A DNA stretch of 64,000 nucleotides. It comes from Cyanophora paradoxa CCMP329. Its lineage: Eukaryota; Plantae; Glaucophyta. Position numbers and translations under genes: made by a program. The notes below the pieces were generated by a model. That model was not told the DNA's origin, searched no databases, and saw nothing but the letters and a program-made list of their open reading frames with translations. Positions 36,137 to 48,214 of the stretch are shown here, in pieces. The stretch spans positions 1 through 64,000 of the forward strand of contig QPMI01000318.1 of NCBI GenBank assembly GCA_004431415.1, in the 5' to 3' direction. Positions within the stretch are counted from its first letter, which is position 1, and each line of letters starts with the position of its first letter.

Positions 36137-38879
36137 ATGCTGTGGCTCGTGTCCTGGGGCATCATCGCGGTCCTCTTCTACGTAGTTCTGAAGGGTTTCC
36201 GCGGCCCGCCGGCGGCAGCGCTCAACAAGGATGGCTTCGACCCGAACTCGCTCGACGCGTTCTTGCACACGAACTACTCGGCCGAGGAGCTCGTGAAGGG
36301 TGCGCCAGCCCGCCGCGCGCGCGTGCCCTGCCCGGCACTGCGTGCCGGCCCAGACCAGCTGCCCGGCGCCGCCAGCTCGACGCACGGGCGTCCCTCGCGC
36401 GCCCGGTGATTCCGAGTGACTGACTGAGCGCTGCGCGCCGCGCGCGCCGCGCCGCGCGTCTCCGTTGCAGCCGCGAAGCCGCAGCTGCTGGTGGAGGACA
36501 ACAACCCGGGGCGCGCGGTGCTCGTCTTCTACGGCACTGAGTACGGCGCCTCGAAGGAGATTGCCTTCAAGCTGGGCGACCGCCTCAACGAGGAGGGCGT
36601 CTACAAGGCCCGCGTGATCAATTTGATCGACCACAAGGCCATCGACTTCTCCCAGGAGCAGGCCGTCATGATCGTCTGCTCCACCGCCGGCGACGGTCAG
36701 CGCCGCCCGCCTCCGCGCGAGCCGAGCGTTGCCCCGGGCTGGTCGCGACCTCGGCGGGATTGCTGACGCGAGCGCGCAGGCGTGCCGCCGACGGAGGCGA
36801 AGCCGTTTTTCGAGGCTCTCGAGGAGAGCAGCGTGGTGATCCCCGCAGGCCTGCCCTACTCCGTGCTCGCCCTCGGCGACAGCAACTACCCGCACTTCTG
36901 CCGCTGCGGCCGCACCATCGACGCCATGCGCGCTCCTCGCCTCTTCCGCTCCTTTCTGCCGGTCTCGCTGAGGCGTGCGGGCAGGATGGCGGAGCGGGGC
37001 GCGGTGCGCTTCTTCGAGAAGAAGGACGTGGACCAGGAGGACTGGGGGGTCATCAACTCCTGGATCGCCGGTGCGGGCCCCCGGCGGCGCCGCCGCCGCC
37101 GCCCGGCCCGACGCGGCGGCAGGCGTCCACCGCGCCCTCAAGGGCCTCAAGATCGAGGTCCGCGACGAGTACCTCGCCGGCCTCGTGCGCGACCGCCCCG
37201 CCCCGCCCCGCCCCGCCCCGCCCCGCCCCGCCCCGCCGGGGCCGCGGGAGGGCGAGCCGGGGGCGCAGGAGAGTATCGCGGGGAAGGAGGGCGGGGAGGG
37301 GTCGTACAGCCGCTCGAAGCCCTTCATGGCGCCCGTCGCGGTGAAGCGGACGATCACCAAGGTCGAGGCCAAGGGCGACTCGGACGTCATGCACATCGAG
37401 TTCGACCTCTCCGGTCCGCCCCGCCCCGCCCTCCCACCCCGCCCCGCTCTCGCACCCCGCCCCGCGCCCCGCCCACCCGCCGGCAGGTTCCGAGATCAAG
37501 TACGTGCCCGGGGACGCCCTCGGAGTCTGCCCCAGCAACAACCCCAAGACCGTCGCCGTCCGCCCGCCCCCGCCCACCCGCGCCGCCCGCGCCGGCGTCC
37601 GACGGTCCCGGCCCACGCCGCGCGCGCAGGCGATCCTCAAGCGCTGCGGCTGGTCGGGCAAGGAGAAGGTGGCGGCGCCCGCCTGGTACCCCAAGGAGGA
37701 GGTCCGCGCCCCACCCCCGTCCGCCGGCGCGGGGCCGGGGCGGGGTGCGAGGGCGGGTCGGGGGCAGGGGGAGACGGAGATGCCGCTGAAGGACGCGCTG
37801 GCGCACTGCTACGACCTCAAGACCGTCCGCGGCGAGCTCCTCCGCACCCTCGTCGACGAGTGGCTCCCCGCCGGCTCCCCGCAGGGGGAGAAGGCGCGGG
37901 GGCTGCTGGCGGGGGGCCTGGGGCGGGACAACGGGGCGCTGGCGGGGTACCTGGAGCCGCGCGAGGTGCTGGACGTGCTCGAGGAGCACCCGGCGGCCGC
38001 CCCCGCCCCCGCCGCCCTCCTCAAGGCCCTCAAGCAGCTCCTCCCCCGCTACTACTCCATCTCCTCCTCCCCCCTCCACGTCCGCCACCCTCGCCCGCCC
38101 CCGCGCACCCTCCCCTCGGACCGACGGGGCGGCAGAACGCGGAGCGGGTGAGCATCACGGCGGGGGTGGTGCGGTACGAGACGCTGGGGAAGGGGCGGGA
38201 GGGGGTGTGCACGACGTTCCTCTCGGACCGGGTTGCGGTCGGGGCCAAGGTGCCCATCTTCATCAGCCCCAACAAGGACTTCCGCCTCCCCGCCGACCTC
38301 GCCACCCCCATCATCATGGCCCGGCCCCGCCCCACCTCGCCCCGCCCCGCCCCGCCTGACGGCCGCGCAGATCGGGCCGGGGACGGGCCTGGCGCCGTTC
38401 CGGTCGTTCCTGCAGCACCGGGAGCTGGCGGCGAAGGAGGCCGGGGCGGCGATGGAGGCGGCCGCGAACGTGCTCTTCTTCGGCTGTCGCCACGAGGCCA
38501 AGGACTTCCTCTACCGCGACGAGCTCACCGTCCGCGCCCCCCGCCCCCGCCGCCCCCGCCCCCGCCCCCACCGAGTCCCCCGCAGAAGCTGGCGGACGGG
38601 AAGAAGCTGCGGCTGCACACGGCCTTCTCGCGGGATCAGGCGGCGAAGGTCTACGTGCAGCAGCGGCTGCGGGAGGCGGGGCCGGCGGTGTGGCAGGCGA
38701 TCGCGGCCGGGGGCCACGTGTACGTGTGCGGCGACGCGAAGCACATGGCGGCGGACGTGCACGCCGCGCTGCTCGAGGTGGCGGCCGACCAGGGCGGCCT
38801 CGGCTCCCTGCAGGCCGCCCAGGCCCTCTTCGACGACCTCGTCAAGCAGCACCGCTACCAGCGCGACGTCTGGGCCTGA
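36137..38879 (+). CDS. Membrane-anchored NADPH diflavin reductase (CysJ-like / cytochrome P450 reductase family)
   Basis: N-terminal TM. Flavodoxin motifs [30 protein letters not shown]; FAD motifs [16 protein letters not shown]; NADPH motifs [45 protein letters not shown]. Confidence 0.92.
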
Positions 38880-39100
38880 TCATGACCCCGCCCACCCTCC
38901 CTCTTTCCCTCCCCCGTTCGGCGCCAGCCGGCGCCCTGAATACATGCACATCAAGAACGTAGCTCAGGCCCCAGAAACGCCCCGGCCCTCGCCGAGTCGG
39001 CGAGTCGGCGAGGCGCGCAGCGTCGCCGTCGGGGGCGGCAGCGGCAATAGTTACGATCGAAAGCAAGCGGGCGGGCGGGCGTGGGGGGCGGGGGGGCGGG

Positions 39101-40936
39101 CTAGCGGAAGCGGATGCGGGCGGCGGGGAGGGCGGAGCGGATGGCAGCGAGCTGGTCGGGGAGAAAGGGGTCGCCCCGCGGTGCCCGCACCTCGAGCTCC
39201 CGCAGGCGCGCCAGCGGGGCCAGGGCCCCCGCCGGGGCCCCCGCGCTGAAGAGGCGGCAGGGGGAGCGGAGGCGGAGGGCTGCGAGGGCGGGGGCGGCGG
39301 CGAGGGCGGCGACGAAGCGGCGCGGGAGGAAGGCGGCGGGCTCGGCGGCCTCGAGCTCGGCGCGGCGGAGGCGGCCCCACGCGCCCAGCGCCTCCCCGCC
39401 AGCTCCCGCAGCTCCCCGCCGGCACCCGCAGCCGCAGCACCTGCCGCCCGCACCCCGTCAGCGCCGCGGGGCGGGCGGGGCGGGCGGTGCCTGCCTGGAG
39501 TTCGGCGAGGGCGAGGAGGTCGGGGGCGAGGGGGGACCCGAGCGGGCCCCGGCGGGTGGCGCGCGGGGGCGGCGCGGGCGAGGGCGAGGGAGACGAGGGG
39601 GAGGGCGGCGAGGGGCGCGGCGGAGGCCCCGGGGCGAGCTCGACGTCGAGCTCGCGGAGGGCCCCGAGCGCCGCCAGCGGCCCCGCGTCCAGCAGCGGGG
39701 CCCCGATCGAGAGCGCGGCGAGGCTGCCCGCGAGGGGCCGGAGCTGGGCGAGGTCGGCCGGGGGCAGGGCGGGGGCGGCGGCGGTCTCGACGCCCTCGGC
39801 GCCGACGAAGCCGACGGTGAGGCGCTCGAGGCGGGCGAGCTGGCCCAGGGCGGCGAAGGCGGCGGGGAGGCCCATCGCCCCCGCGTCCCGCAGCGTCACG
39901 AGGAAGGAGACGGCAAGCTCGCGGAGGCGGGGCGCCAGCTGCCCCGCCAGCGCCCCGAAGAGCTGCGGGGCCACCGGCAGGCAGCAGAGGCGCAGCACCT
40001 CCAGCCGCTCCAGCGCCCCAATCGTCGCGAGGGAGGCCGGGGTGAGGATGCGGGAGAGGGCGACGGCGCGGCAGCCGTACTGCGCCGCCTCGGGCATCTC
40101 GAAGGAGAGGCGGCGGAGGCCCCCCGGCAGCGCCTCCAGCAGGGGCTCCGGCGCCAGCTTCGTCACGTGCTGCAGCGCCACCGACACCTCCAGCCCTGCG
40201 CCCGCATCGGGCCCCGCGCGGCGCCCCGCGCGGCGCCCCTCGCACCCTCCACGTGTATCTCTCGCAGGTGCTCCATCCCGGCCCGGCTCAAGCAGCAGGA
40301 CGGCAGGCACAGCGTGTCGAGCTCCGGTCGGAGTCTCGCCAAGTTCCTCGCGTCCCAATCGGAGGCGCTCAAAAGCGCCATACGCCGATCCAGCAGGTGC
40401 TCTTGTATCACGGTTCTCCACCTGACCGTCAACGCCGCAGGTTAAAAGCTTGGGGTTGTCGCTTTCGGGTTGGGGTTCTGACCGTTTAGACACTCGCACG
40501 AGCGCAGCGAACACCGTGGCGTCGATGCTGTCGTATCAAAATGTTTTGGAGGGCGGCGCGCTCAGGTGCGGGGCGGCGCGGCCATGCGTGCGGGCAGGGC
40601 GGCGCACGCAGTGACGCGCTCCTGTCCCCAGGAACGCAGCCGAAGCGTGCGTTCCCAGCTCTGCCGGAGCAGTGTCAGTGCGACGGAACTCGGCGCGCAC
40701 GACTGCTGTCGATAACGCGGGAGTCGGAGAGCGGGGCGCACGATTTCCATCGATAACTTGGCGATGACCCATACCAGGTCGTCTGGCAGAGGCTCGAAAG
40801 CGTCGGGGTCCGCATGCGGCAGGTATACATCGTCTGCGCCGCCAGAAGGCCCAGCTAGCGGCGGCTCATCGACGTCGCCTGAACGCGTCCCAAGCTCAGC
40901 GCTAGCTGCGGCCGGCTCCGGCGGCTCCGGGTCCAT
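39101..40936 (-). CDS. F-box / leucine-rich repeat protein
   Basis: Spliced F-box [14 protein letters not shown]...[13 protein letters not shown] followed by LRR-like [30 protein letters not shown]; ends ARIRFR*. Confidence 0.75.
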
Positions 40937-41028
40937 GCGTGGGCCAGCTGCAGCAGCAGTCACTGCGGTAGCAGGGGGGTAGGGGCCGGGGGGGTAGGGG
41001 CCCGGAGGCGAGTTCCGGATCCTGCTGC

Positions 41029-41330
41029 ATTACGATCGTAATTAATTACGATCGCGAATTCACGTGAATTCGAATATATAGACGCTGCTGCAGCGCCTAG
41101 GCCGGGCGCCGGCAGCGCTGCGATTACGATCGTAATTAATTACGATCGCGAATTCACGTGAATATCAATCAGCGCTGCGGCGCCTTCGAGCTCGAGCTCG
41201 AGTGCGCTATCATATATATATAGTATATATAGCTAGCGCTGTACGCACGTATACATGCATATATACATGTACAGTGCGTCGAGCTCGAGCTCGACTCTAG
41301 ATCGATATCTTGATCTAGATCTCGAGCTCC
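41029..41330. repeat. Palindrome-dense AT-rich tract with a 41-bp direct repeat (41029-41069, 41123-41163)
   Basis: attacgatcgtaattaattacgatcgcgaattcacgtgaat occurs twice; also tcgagctcgagctcga, tatatata and tctagatcgatatc. Confidence 0.85.
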
Positions 41331-41332
41331 TC

Positions 41333-41461
41333 TCACTTGGCGGCTAGCTAGGGGCGCGGGGTCACTTGGCGGCTAGCTAGGGGCGCGGGCTCACTTGGCG
41401 GCTAGCTAGGGGCGCGGAGATCTCGAGATCTCGGGCTAGCTAGGGGCGCGGGGTCACTTGG
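41333..41461. repeat. 29-bp tandem repeat derived from the HisRS stop-codon region
   Basis: tcacttggcggctagctaggggcgcgggg about x3, plus the parental copy at 41434-41461. Confidence 0.85.
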
Positions 41462-44400
41462 GGGCGCGGCCGAGGGCCTTGAGGGCGGCCTGGGCGACCT
41501 CGGCGCGGGGCACGGGCTCCTCGGTGCGGGCGTTCAGGTCCTTGAGCTTGACGAGGCCCTGCTTCAGCTCGTCCTCCCCCACGATGACCACCAGCGGCAC
41601 CCCGCCCTCGAGCGCCGCCGCCAGCTGCTTCTGCAGCTTCGGCTCTGCCGCGTACATGAACTCCGCCTTGACGCCGGCGGCCCAGAGCTCGGCGGCGATG
41701 CGCATGCGCTCCTCGAGCAGGCCGGCCCCGATCTGCGCCACGTACACCTCCGTCTCGTTCTCCCGCACCTGCCCCGCCTGCGCCCCGCCCCGCCCCGTCA
41801 CGCCCCGCCCCGGGGATGGCGTCGGGGCGCGGCGGACCGCCTTGGCCTTCTGCTCCATGATGGTGAAGATGCGCTCGATGCCGATGCTCACGCCCACCGC
41901 CGGGATCTGCTGCGCGCTCAGACCGGCCCCGGGCGGGCGGGGCGGGGCGGGGCGGGCCTGCTTGGCGGAGGGGTTGAACATGCCGACGAGGTCGTCGTAG
42001 CGGCCACCGGCGGCGATGGAGCCGACCTGGTCCGTCTCTGCGCGCCCCCCGCCTCGTCGGCGGCGGCCCCGGTGCCGGCGGCCTGGCAGGGGGCACACCG
42101 GTGAAGACGGCCTCGTAGATGACGCCCGTGTAGTAGTCGAGGCCCCGCGCCAGGCTCAGGTCAAAGCTGAACTGCGCGACGCTCAGCTCCCAGCGGGCGC
42201 GGCCGGGGCCGGGGCGGGGCGGGGCGGGCCTTGTCGAGGCAGCGGAAGGCGTCGAGGTAGGAGAAGAGGGTGGCCATCTCGTCGAGGGCGGCGCGACCGC
42301 CGGCGTGGGCGGCGAAGCGGCCCTCGTGCTGGAGGCGGGCGAGGAGGGCGCGGGGCTCGCCCTTGAGGCACACGAAGGTGCCGATGGCGTCGGCGACGGC
42401 GGGGGCGAGGCCCTTCTCCTCCACCATCTCCGCGCGGACGGCCTCCCAGGGCTCCTTGTCGAGCTTGTCGATGGCCGAGCAGATGGGGCGGAACTTGGCG
42501 GCCGGGACCCCCGCGATCTCGAGGATGGCGTCGAGGAGGCGGCGGTGGTTGATCTTCACCGCGTAGCGTCCGACGTCGAGGGCGTCGAGCACCTCGGTGA
42601 GGATCTTGAGGATCTCGCTGTCCGGGATCATCAGCCCGTAGCTCCCCGCGATGTCCAGGTCCTGCCCGCAGAGCGTTCGGGGCCGGCATGGCGGGGCGGG
42701 GCGGGGCGGGGCGGGGCGGACGCATTGGTAGAACTCGCGGAAGCGGCCGCGGTTCATGGCGGGGTTGTCGCGGCGGTAGACGCGCGCGATGTGGTACCGC
42801 TTGATGCTCCCCACCCCGTTCATCGCCACGTACCGCGCGAACGGCACCGTCAGGTCGTAGCGCAGGCTGCAGATTTCCCCCCCCTGGTCCGCCAGGTCGT
42901 AGATCAGCTTGCTCTCCTCCCCGTACTTCCCCGTGAGCGTCTCCTTGAGCTCGAAGACGGGGGTGTCGATGGCGACGGCGCCGTGCCGCTTGAAGACGCC
43001 GTGGATCGTCGCGAAGGCCTTCTCGCGGATGGCCATCTGCTCGGGGGCGAAGTCGCGCGTGCCCTTGGGGATCTTCGGCTTGCGCCGCGCCTGCGAGACG
43101 CTGAAGAGGCCCGTCGCGAGCTCCGCCGTCGCCCGCGCCAGCGGGTCCAGCGCGGCGGCGATGGCGCGCACGCCCTCGGCGGCCTCGACGCGGTCCACGG
43201 GGGCCGCCCGGTACACGTGCTCCCGCAGCCCCTGCGAGCCCCGCCCCAGCTGCAGCGGGCCCCCGCCCTTGCGCCGCTCCTTCTTCTCCTTCTTCTTCTC
43301 CTCGCCCTTGGCCGCCTCCGCGGGGGCGGGGGCCGGGGCCGGGGCGGCGCCCTCCTCGGCGGGGACGCCGCGGGCGAGGTCCTGCGCGTACAGCGAGTGC
43401 ACCGCCGCGTACGCCTCCGCGCTCAGCGCCTGCCGCCCCCGTCGCCTCCCCCGCCGCGAGGCGCCGCGCGCGCCGGGAGTGGCGGGCGGGGCCGCACGGT
43501 GTGCGCGAACTCGACGGCGGCGGCGGCTGCGAGGGCGGTCTGCATCCCCGCCGCGCAGTAGTGCGACCGCCGCTCCGCCGACGCCACGCTCGGCGCAACC
43601 CCCGACGCCAGCTGCCGCCCCGTCGCCCCCGGCCGGGGCGGGGCGGGGCGGGCGGGGCGGGGCGCACGAAGGTGGAGGCCTCGCGGGAGGCGGCGATGAG
43701 GTCCTGCACCTCGGCCGCCTCGAGCGGGCGCGCCGCCGCCGCCCCTCGACGCCCTCCACGGGGCCGGGGCGGGGGCGGCGAGGAGGGCGGCGACGCGGGT
43801 CTCGGCGGCGTCGGCGAGGATCGCGAGCGCCTGCTGCAGGCACGAGAGCGCCGTCGCCAGCGGCTGCGCGCTGAACTGCTGCCCCTTCGACTTCGCCGCC
43901 TCCGGCCCCGCCCCCTCCCCGCTGTTCAGCTCCACCTGCACCGCCGCTGCGCGGGCCCGCCTCGGCGCCGGCGGTGGGAGCGGGGCGGGCGGCGGGGCGA
44001 GGCGCGGGCACCGGAGGCGGACTTGACGAGGTCGCGGGCGGGGCCGTTGTACTGCGGCGTGGCGTGCACGCTCTGCAGCTCGGCGCGCGGGTCCGGCTTC
44101 GTGCCGTCCACCGACTTGCTCCCCTCCACCATCGCCCGCATATTCCCCGCCGAGTCGCACTCCCCCTGCGCGCCCGACCCCCTCGGCCTCGGGCACGCCG
44201 GCCGGCTGGGCGGGGGGCGGGGCGGGGCGGACGCGGTGCGGGCGGGAGACGTCGTGGGCGGCGGTGCCGAAGGCCTCGGAGGAGGCGTGCAGCGCCTCCG
44301 CGCTCAGCGACGCCACCGCGTCCGCCACCTCCACCAGCGTCTGCCCCCCGCTCAGCGCCCCGGCCCCGCCCCAGCCCCCGCTGCCCCGCACCCGCGCCGA

Positions 44401-45143
44401 GTAGGCGACGAGGGCGCCGAGCGCGGCGGCGGGGTCCGTGGCGGTCCCGCGCTTGACGGCCGCCTGCTCAGCGGCCTCGAGGTGGGGGCGCTGCAGCCCC
44501 GCCTTCGCCAGCGCATCCTTCAGGGGCGCCGCCTTGCCCGCCACGGTGCACTCCCCTGCGCGGCGCGGCGCGGCTCGGGGGCGCCCGGCCCCGGACCCCA
44601 GCAGCGGGGCGCGCACCGGCGCCGCAGGTGGCCGCGTAGAGCGCGTCCATGACCGCCTCGTCTTCCGCCACCGCCGGCAGCTGCGGCGCCGTCGGCCGGC
44701 AGGAGACAGACCGTGGCCGCACCCGCGCACCACGGGGAGGATGTTGCGGTTCAGCAGATCGGCGTAGTACTCGCACACCGCCACGCCCACGGGGGCTCGC
44801 GCTTGCATGAATGTCACCAGCCGCGTGAAAAGCACAGCCCGGACTTGCCGCTCGCTCAGGCGCGCATCGGCGGCCACCGGCGGTGGCGCAATGCTGTCAG
44901 AAGGCATCGCAACGGAGATGGACGCCGGCTGCGAGCGGTCAGCCTGTGCGAAAACGCGCGATCGCTGACGGGACGACGCACGTCGGGCGCGTCGCCCTTC
45001 TTGGACTTCGGTTTGCTCGCCGCACGCACGGCCTCGAGCGCGGCGGTATCCAGCACGACCGTCGCATTGTGAACGGAGACCTTCACCAGGTCCTCGAGCG
45101 TGATGGTCCGGTTGCCCACGAGCACCTTCGCGTGCTCGCTCAT
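41454..45143 (-). CDS. HARS: Cytosolic histidyl-tRNA synthetase with N-terminal histidine ammonia-lyase-like domain
   Basis: [85 protein letters not shown], anticodon domain. N-terminus ([41 protein letters not shown]) is HAL/PAL-like. Confidence 0.95.
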
Positions 45144-45530
45144 ATTGATGCTGGGCCTCTTTCCTCGCGCTCCCTCTGCGACGTGCAGCTGCAGCCTGGC
45201 GTGCGGCGCCGACCTCACTTCTTGCGAGCTGTACCCCGCTTGTGATCCCACAGGTCCCTCTGTCTAGCCTAGATCTCCACACTGAGTCCACAGTCCCACC
45301 GAGTCCCGCGTTTCCCACGCAAGGCAAAACCTCGCGAGCTCGAGAGCTCACGCGTACGCGGCCTTCACTAGGGATGCCGTGCCAGGAGCACATAGATTCA
45401 GACTGAACCGGTCGCCCTGGGCAAGCTCGGCAGCTGCACAGAGACCCTACTGAGCCTACTCTCTCGACTGGGGCCGGCTGCCTCGAGCGGAGGGCGCGGG
45501 GGGGTGCGGCCGGGGACTGGCGAGGCCCGC

Positions 45531-48016
45531 TCACATGACGAAGGGCTCGGTGGCGGGGTCGCAGACGAAGTTGGTGGAGAGCTGCGGCACCTGCTCGAAG
45601 CCCTTCTGCTTCACTGCGCGCCGCGCGGCCGACCCCGTCGGCCGCGGGATTCACCGGGCAGCGGCGGGGCGCGGGCGGCGCACTGAAGTCGCGGAGGGAG
45701 GAGAGGATGTTGCCGAGGGGCTGGCGCTGGCCCGACTTCATCATGACCTCGATGGTCATGTTGAACGCGTACCTGCCGCCCCGGCGTGAGGGCCGCGGCC
45801 CCGGGGCGGACGGCAGGCAGGGCCGCACGTCATGGCGCCGGCGGCCTTGCCCGAGAAGTGGGCATCCGCCGAACTGCGCCGCCGCCTCAGTCGCGGCCGA
45901 GGCGGCGGCGGGCGGGGAGGGGCGCACGTCTGCTCGTCGCGGCAGCCGGACCAGAGGATGACCTTGCCCTGGGAGCCCGGCGGGGCGGGTCCGGGGCCGG
46001 CGCGGGACTGGTAGCCGCCGGCGGCGTATGCGTCGCGCTGGCCGTCGAAGCCGTAGTCCATGCCGGGGCCGGCGCGGGACTGGTAGCCGTAGCCGCCGCG
46101 CATGCCGCGGGCGGCCTGGCGGGAGAGCTTCGAGGTGAAGAGGTCCAGCGAGCGCATGTTCCCCAGCGAGCTGAGCAGGCCGCCCAGCATCCCGCCCTGC
46201 GCGCCCAGCGTGAGCTGGGCCAGGGCCCGAGCCCCGCAGGGGGCCCGCACCATGCCGCCGCCCATGCCGCCCATCTGGCCGCCCATCATGGGAGCGCCGC
46301 CCATGGGCCGCATCATGCCGCCCTGGGGCGCGCAAGGGGCGTGAGGCGCGGGGCAACAGCGGGGGAAGGGGCGGCGGGGCGCACGAGGGAGCCCATGCCG
46401 CCCTGCATGAAGAGGGCGAGCTGCGCGGCGGCGACCTGCTGCAGCGAGGCGCCGCCGCCGAGGCCGAAGCAAGAGAGCAGGCCGCCGAGAGGGAGGCACG
46501 AGAGCAGGCCGCCCGAGGAGGGCCCGTACGACGGCGACGGCGCGTAGCCCTGGGGGGCCCCGTAGCCGCCGTAGCCGCCCTGCGGGGCGCCGTAGCCGCC
46601 GTAGCCGCCCTGCGGGGCGCCGTAGGACGGGGCCGGGGCGCCGCCGCCGAACATGCCACCGAGCATGGAGGAGAGGGTGTCCTGCGCGCGCGTCGACGGG
46701 GCGGGCGGCGGGGAGCGCTCTGGCGGGGGGCGCACGACGGCGCCCGGGTTGTTCTGGATCTGGGCGACGGCGGGGGAGAAGCTGTTGCTGACGCGGTGCG
46801 TGTACTCGAGGTCCATCCCGGTGCTGCCCCGCCGCTCAGGCCGAGGGCGCGCGTGGCTGGCAGGCCCCCGCCGAGGCGCACCCGGAGTGGCAGCAGTCGA
46901 GGACGACGACGAGGGTGGCCCCCGGGGGCAGCCGGTTGACCAGCACCTGCCGCAGCTCGTCGTCCACGATGTACCCGCTCGGGCCCTGCTCCATGCAGTC
47001 CACTGCGCCTCCCTCAGCGCCCGCGTATCGCCGGGGGGCGCGGGGCGCCGCACCGGGGCAGAGGGCCTCGTCCTGGCCGTCGGCCTCGTCGCCCGAGCGG
47101 TCCGACACCTGCGTGCTGCCCGGCCCTCGGCGCCACGCTTCGACGCAGCGCTCGGGGCGGCGCACCCGTGGCCGGAGTACTGGAAGAATAGCTGGTCGCC
47201 AGGGCGGGCGCCGGAGGCGAGCCAGTTGAGGGCCGCCATGATGTTCCGCTTCGTCGGCTGGCGCTGCGCACCCGTGTCGGCAAAAGGACGCGCACGGAGG
47301 CCGCGCGAGGCGCCGGCGGACCTCATAGCCCACAGACGGATCTGAGAGGAAAGAATAAGAAGACGGTGAGAGAGGGACGCGGCGGGGACGGGAGGCGCCC
47401 ACCCTCGATGAGGACCTTCGCGAGTCGGGGGGAAGGACGAGAAACGAATGCGTTAGCAGCGCGACGTACGTACTCATCGGAGACGCCTTCGGTCACACAC
47501 CTGCACGTTCTGTTTTGGGCAGCAGATCAGCGATCAGCGACACCAACTGAAGGCTAGAGAACGAATGCCAGGAACTCATTTGAAGGTGGCGAGGGACTTC
47601 TTTTAATGTATTCGATCTCAAACTTAACCGGAAGGCAATCGGATGCTGTGCTAGAGGATCGCCAGGCGGGCCACTGGGCTGATCTCGGGAAAACGGGGAA
47701 AGCGATCAGACGTACCTGGTTCGGGTAACCAAAGTAGGACGTGAGCAGATTGTGCCTGTGAGACGCGTTAGACGCTAGTCTGACGGCCAGGACGCCCAGG
47801 GCAAGAGTAACGGGTCGTTAACGCGTGTGCAACGGGCCAAGGGGTCTTCGCACCAAGTCTTCGTGTCGTTCACGCAACCGGCCAGCTTGCCCTGAGTCCT
47901 GTAACCGGAAACAAAGCAAGGTTCGGCCTTGCCAAAGCCACAACCCCAAACCCAACGCCCGCCGCATACCAGTTGTTGTAGTTGATGCCAACCAGCACAG
48001 CCTTTTTGTCGCCCAT
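45531..48016 (-). CDS. Metacaspase without prodomain and with a long low-complexity p20-p10 linker
   Basis: MGDKKAVLVGINY, LAGCVND, PTKRNIMAAL, FFQYSGHG, DGQDEALCP, LDCCHSG|TGMDL; p10 VILWSGCRDEQT|SADA..GAMT|YAF, QVPQLS; ends EPFVM*. Confidence 0.92.
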
Positions 48017-48214
48017 CTTTTCGAGCTTCCGTGAACGTGGGGCTGTAGGACAGGTCTCCCGACAGGTTCGAACGTGTAGCCCCCTTGAATTCCAAGGGGG
48101 GCGTGGGCAGTGCAGTTACGAGCACACGCACCCGAATAAGCTACGAAAGCATCTAGAGCCTCGTCCAATCGACCAGCGCGGCGGTGCGGGGTGCACCGCA
48201 CCCGAGCTGCAACA

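Noticed and set aside
41029-41461. CRISPR-like array
   Set aside because: The repeats are contiguous with no unique spacers, there are no cas genes, and the context is eukaryotic.
43300-45143. HAL-like domain fused to HisRS as a novelty
   Set aside because: This fusion is already known for plant-type cytosolic HisRS; no Ala-Ser-Gly MIO motif is evident, so it is likely non-catalytic.
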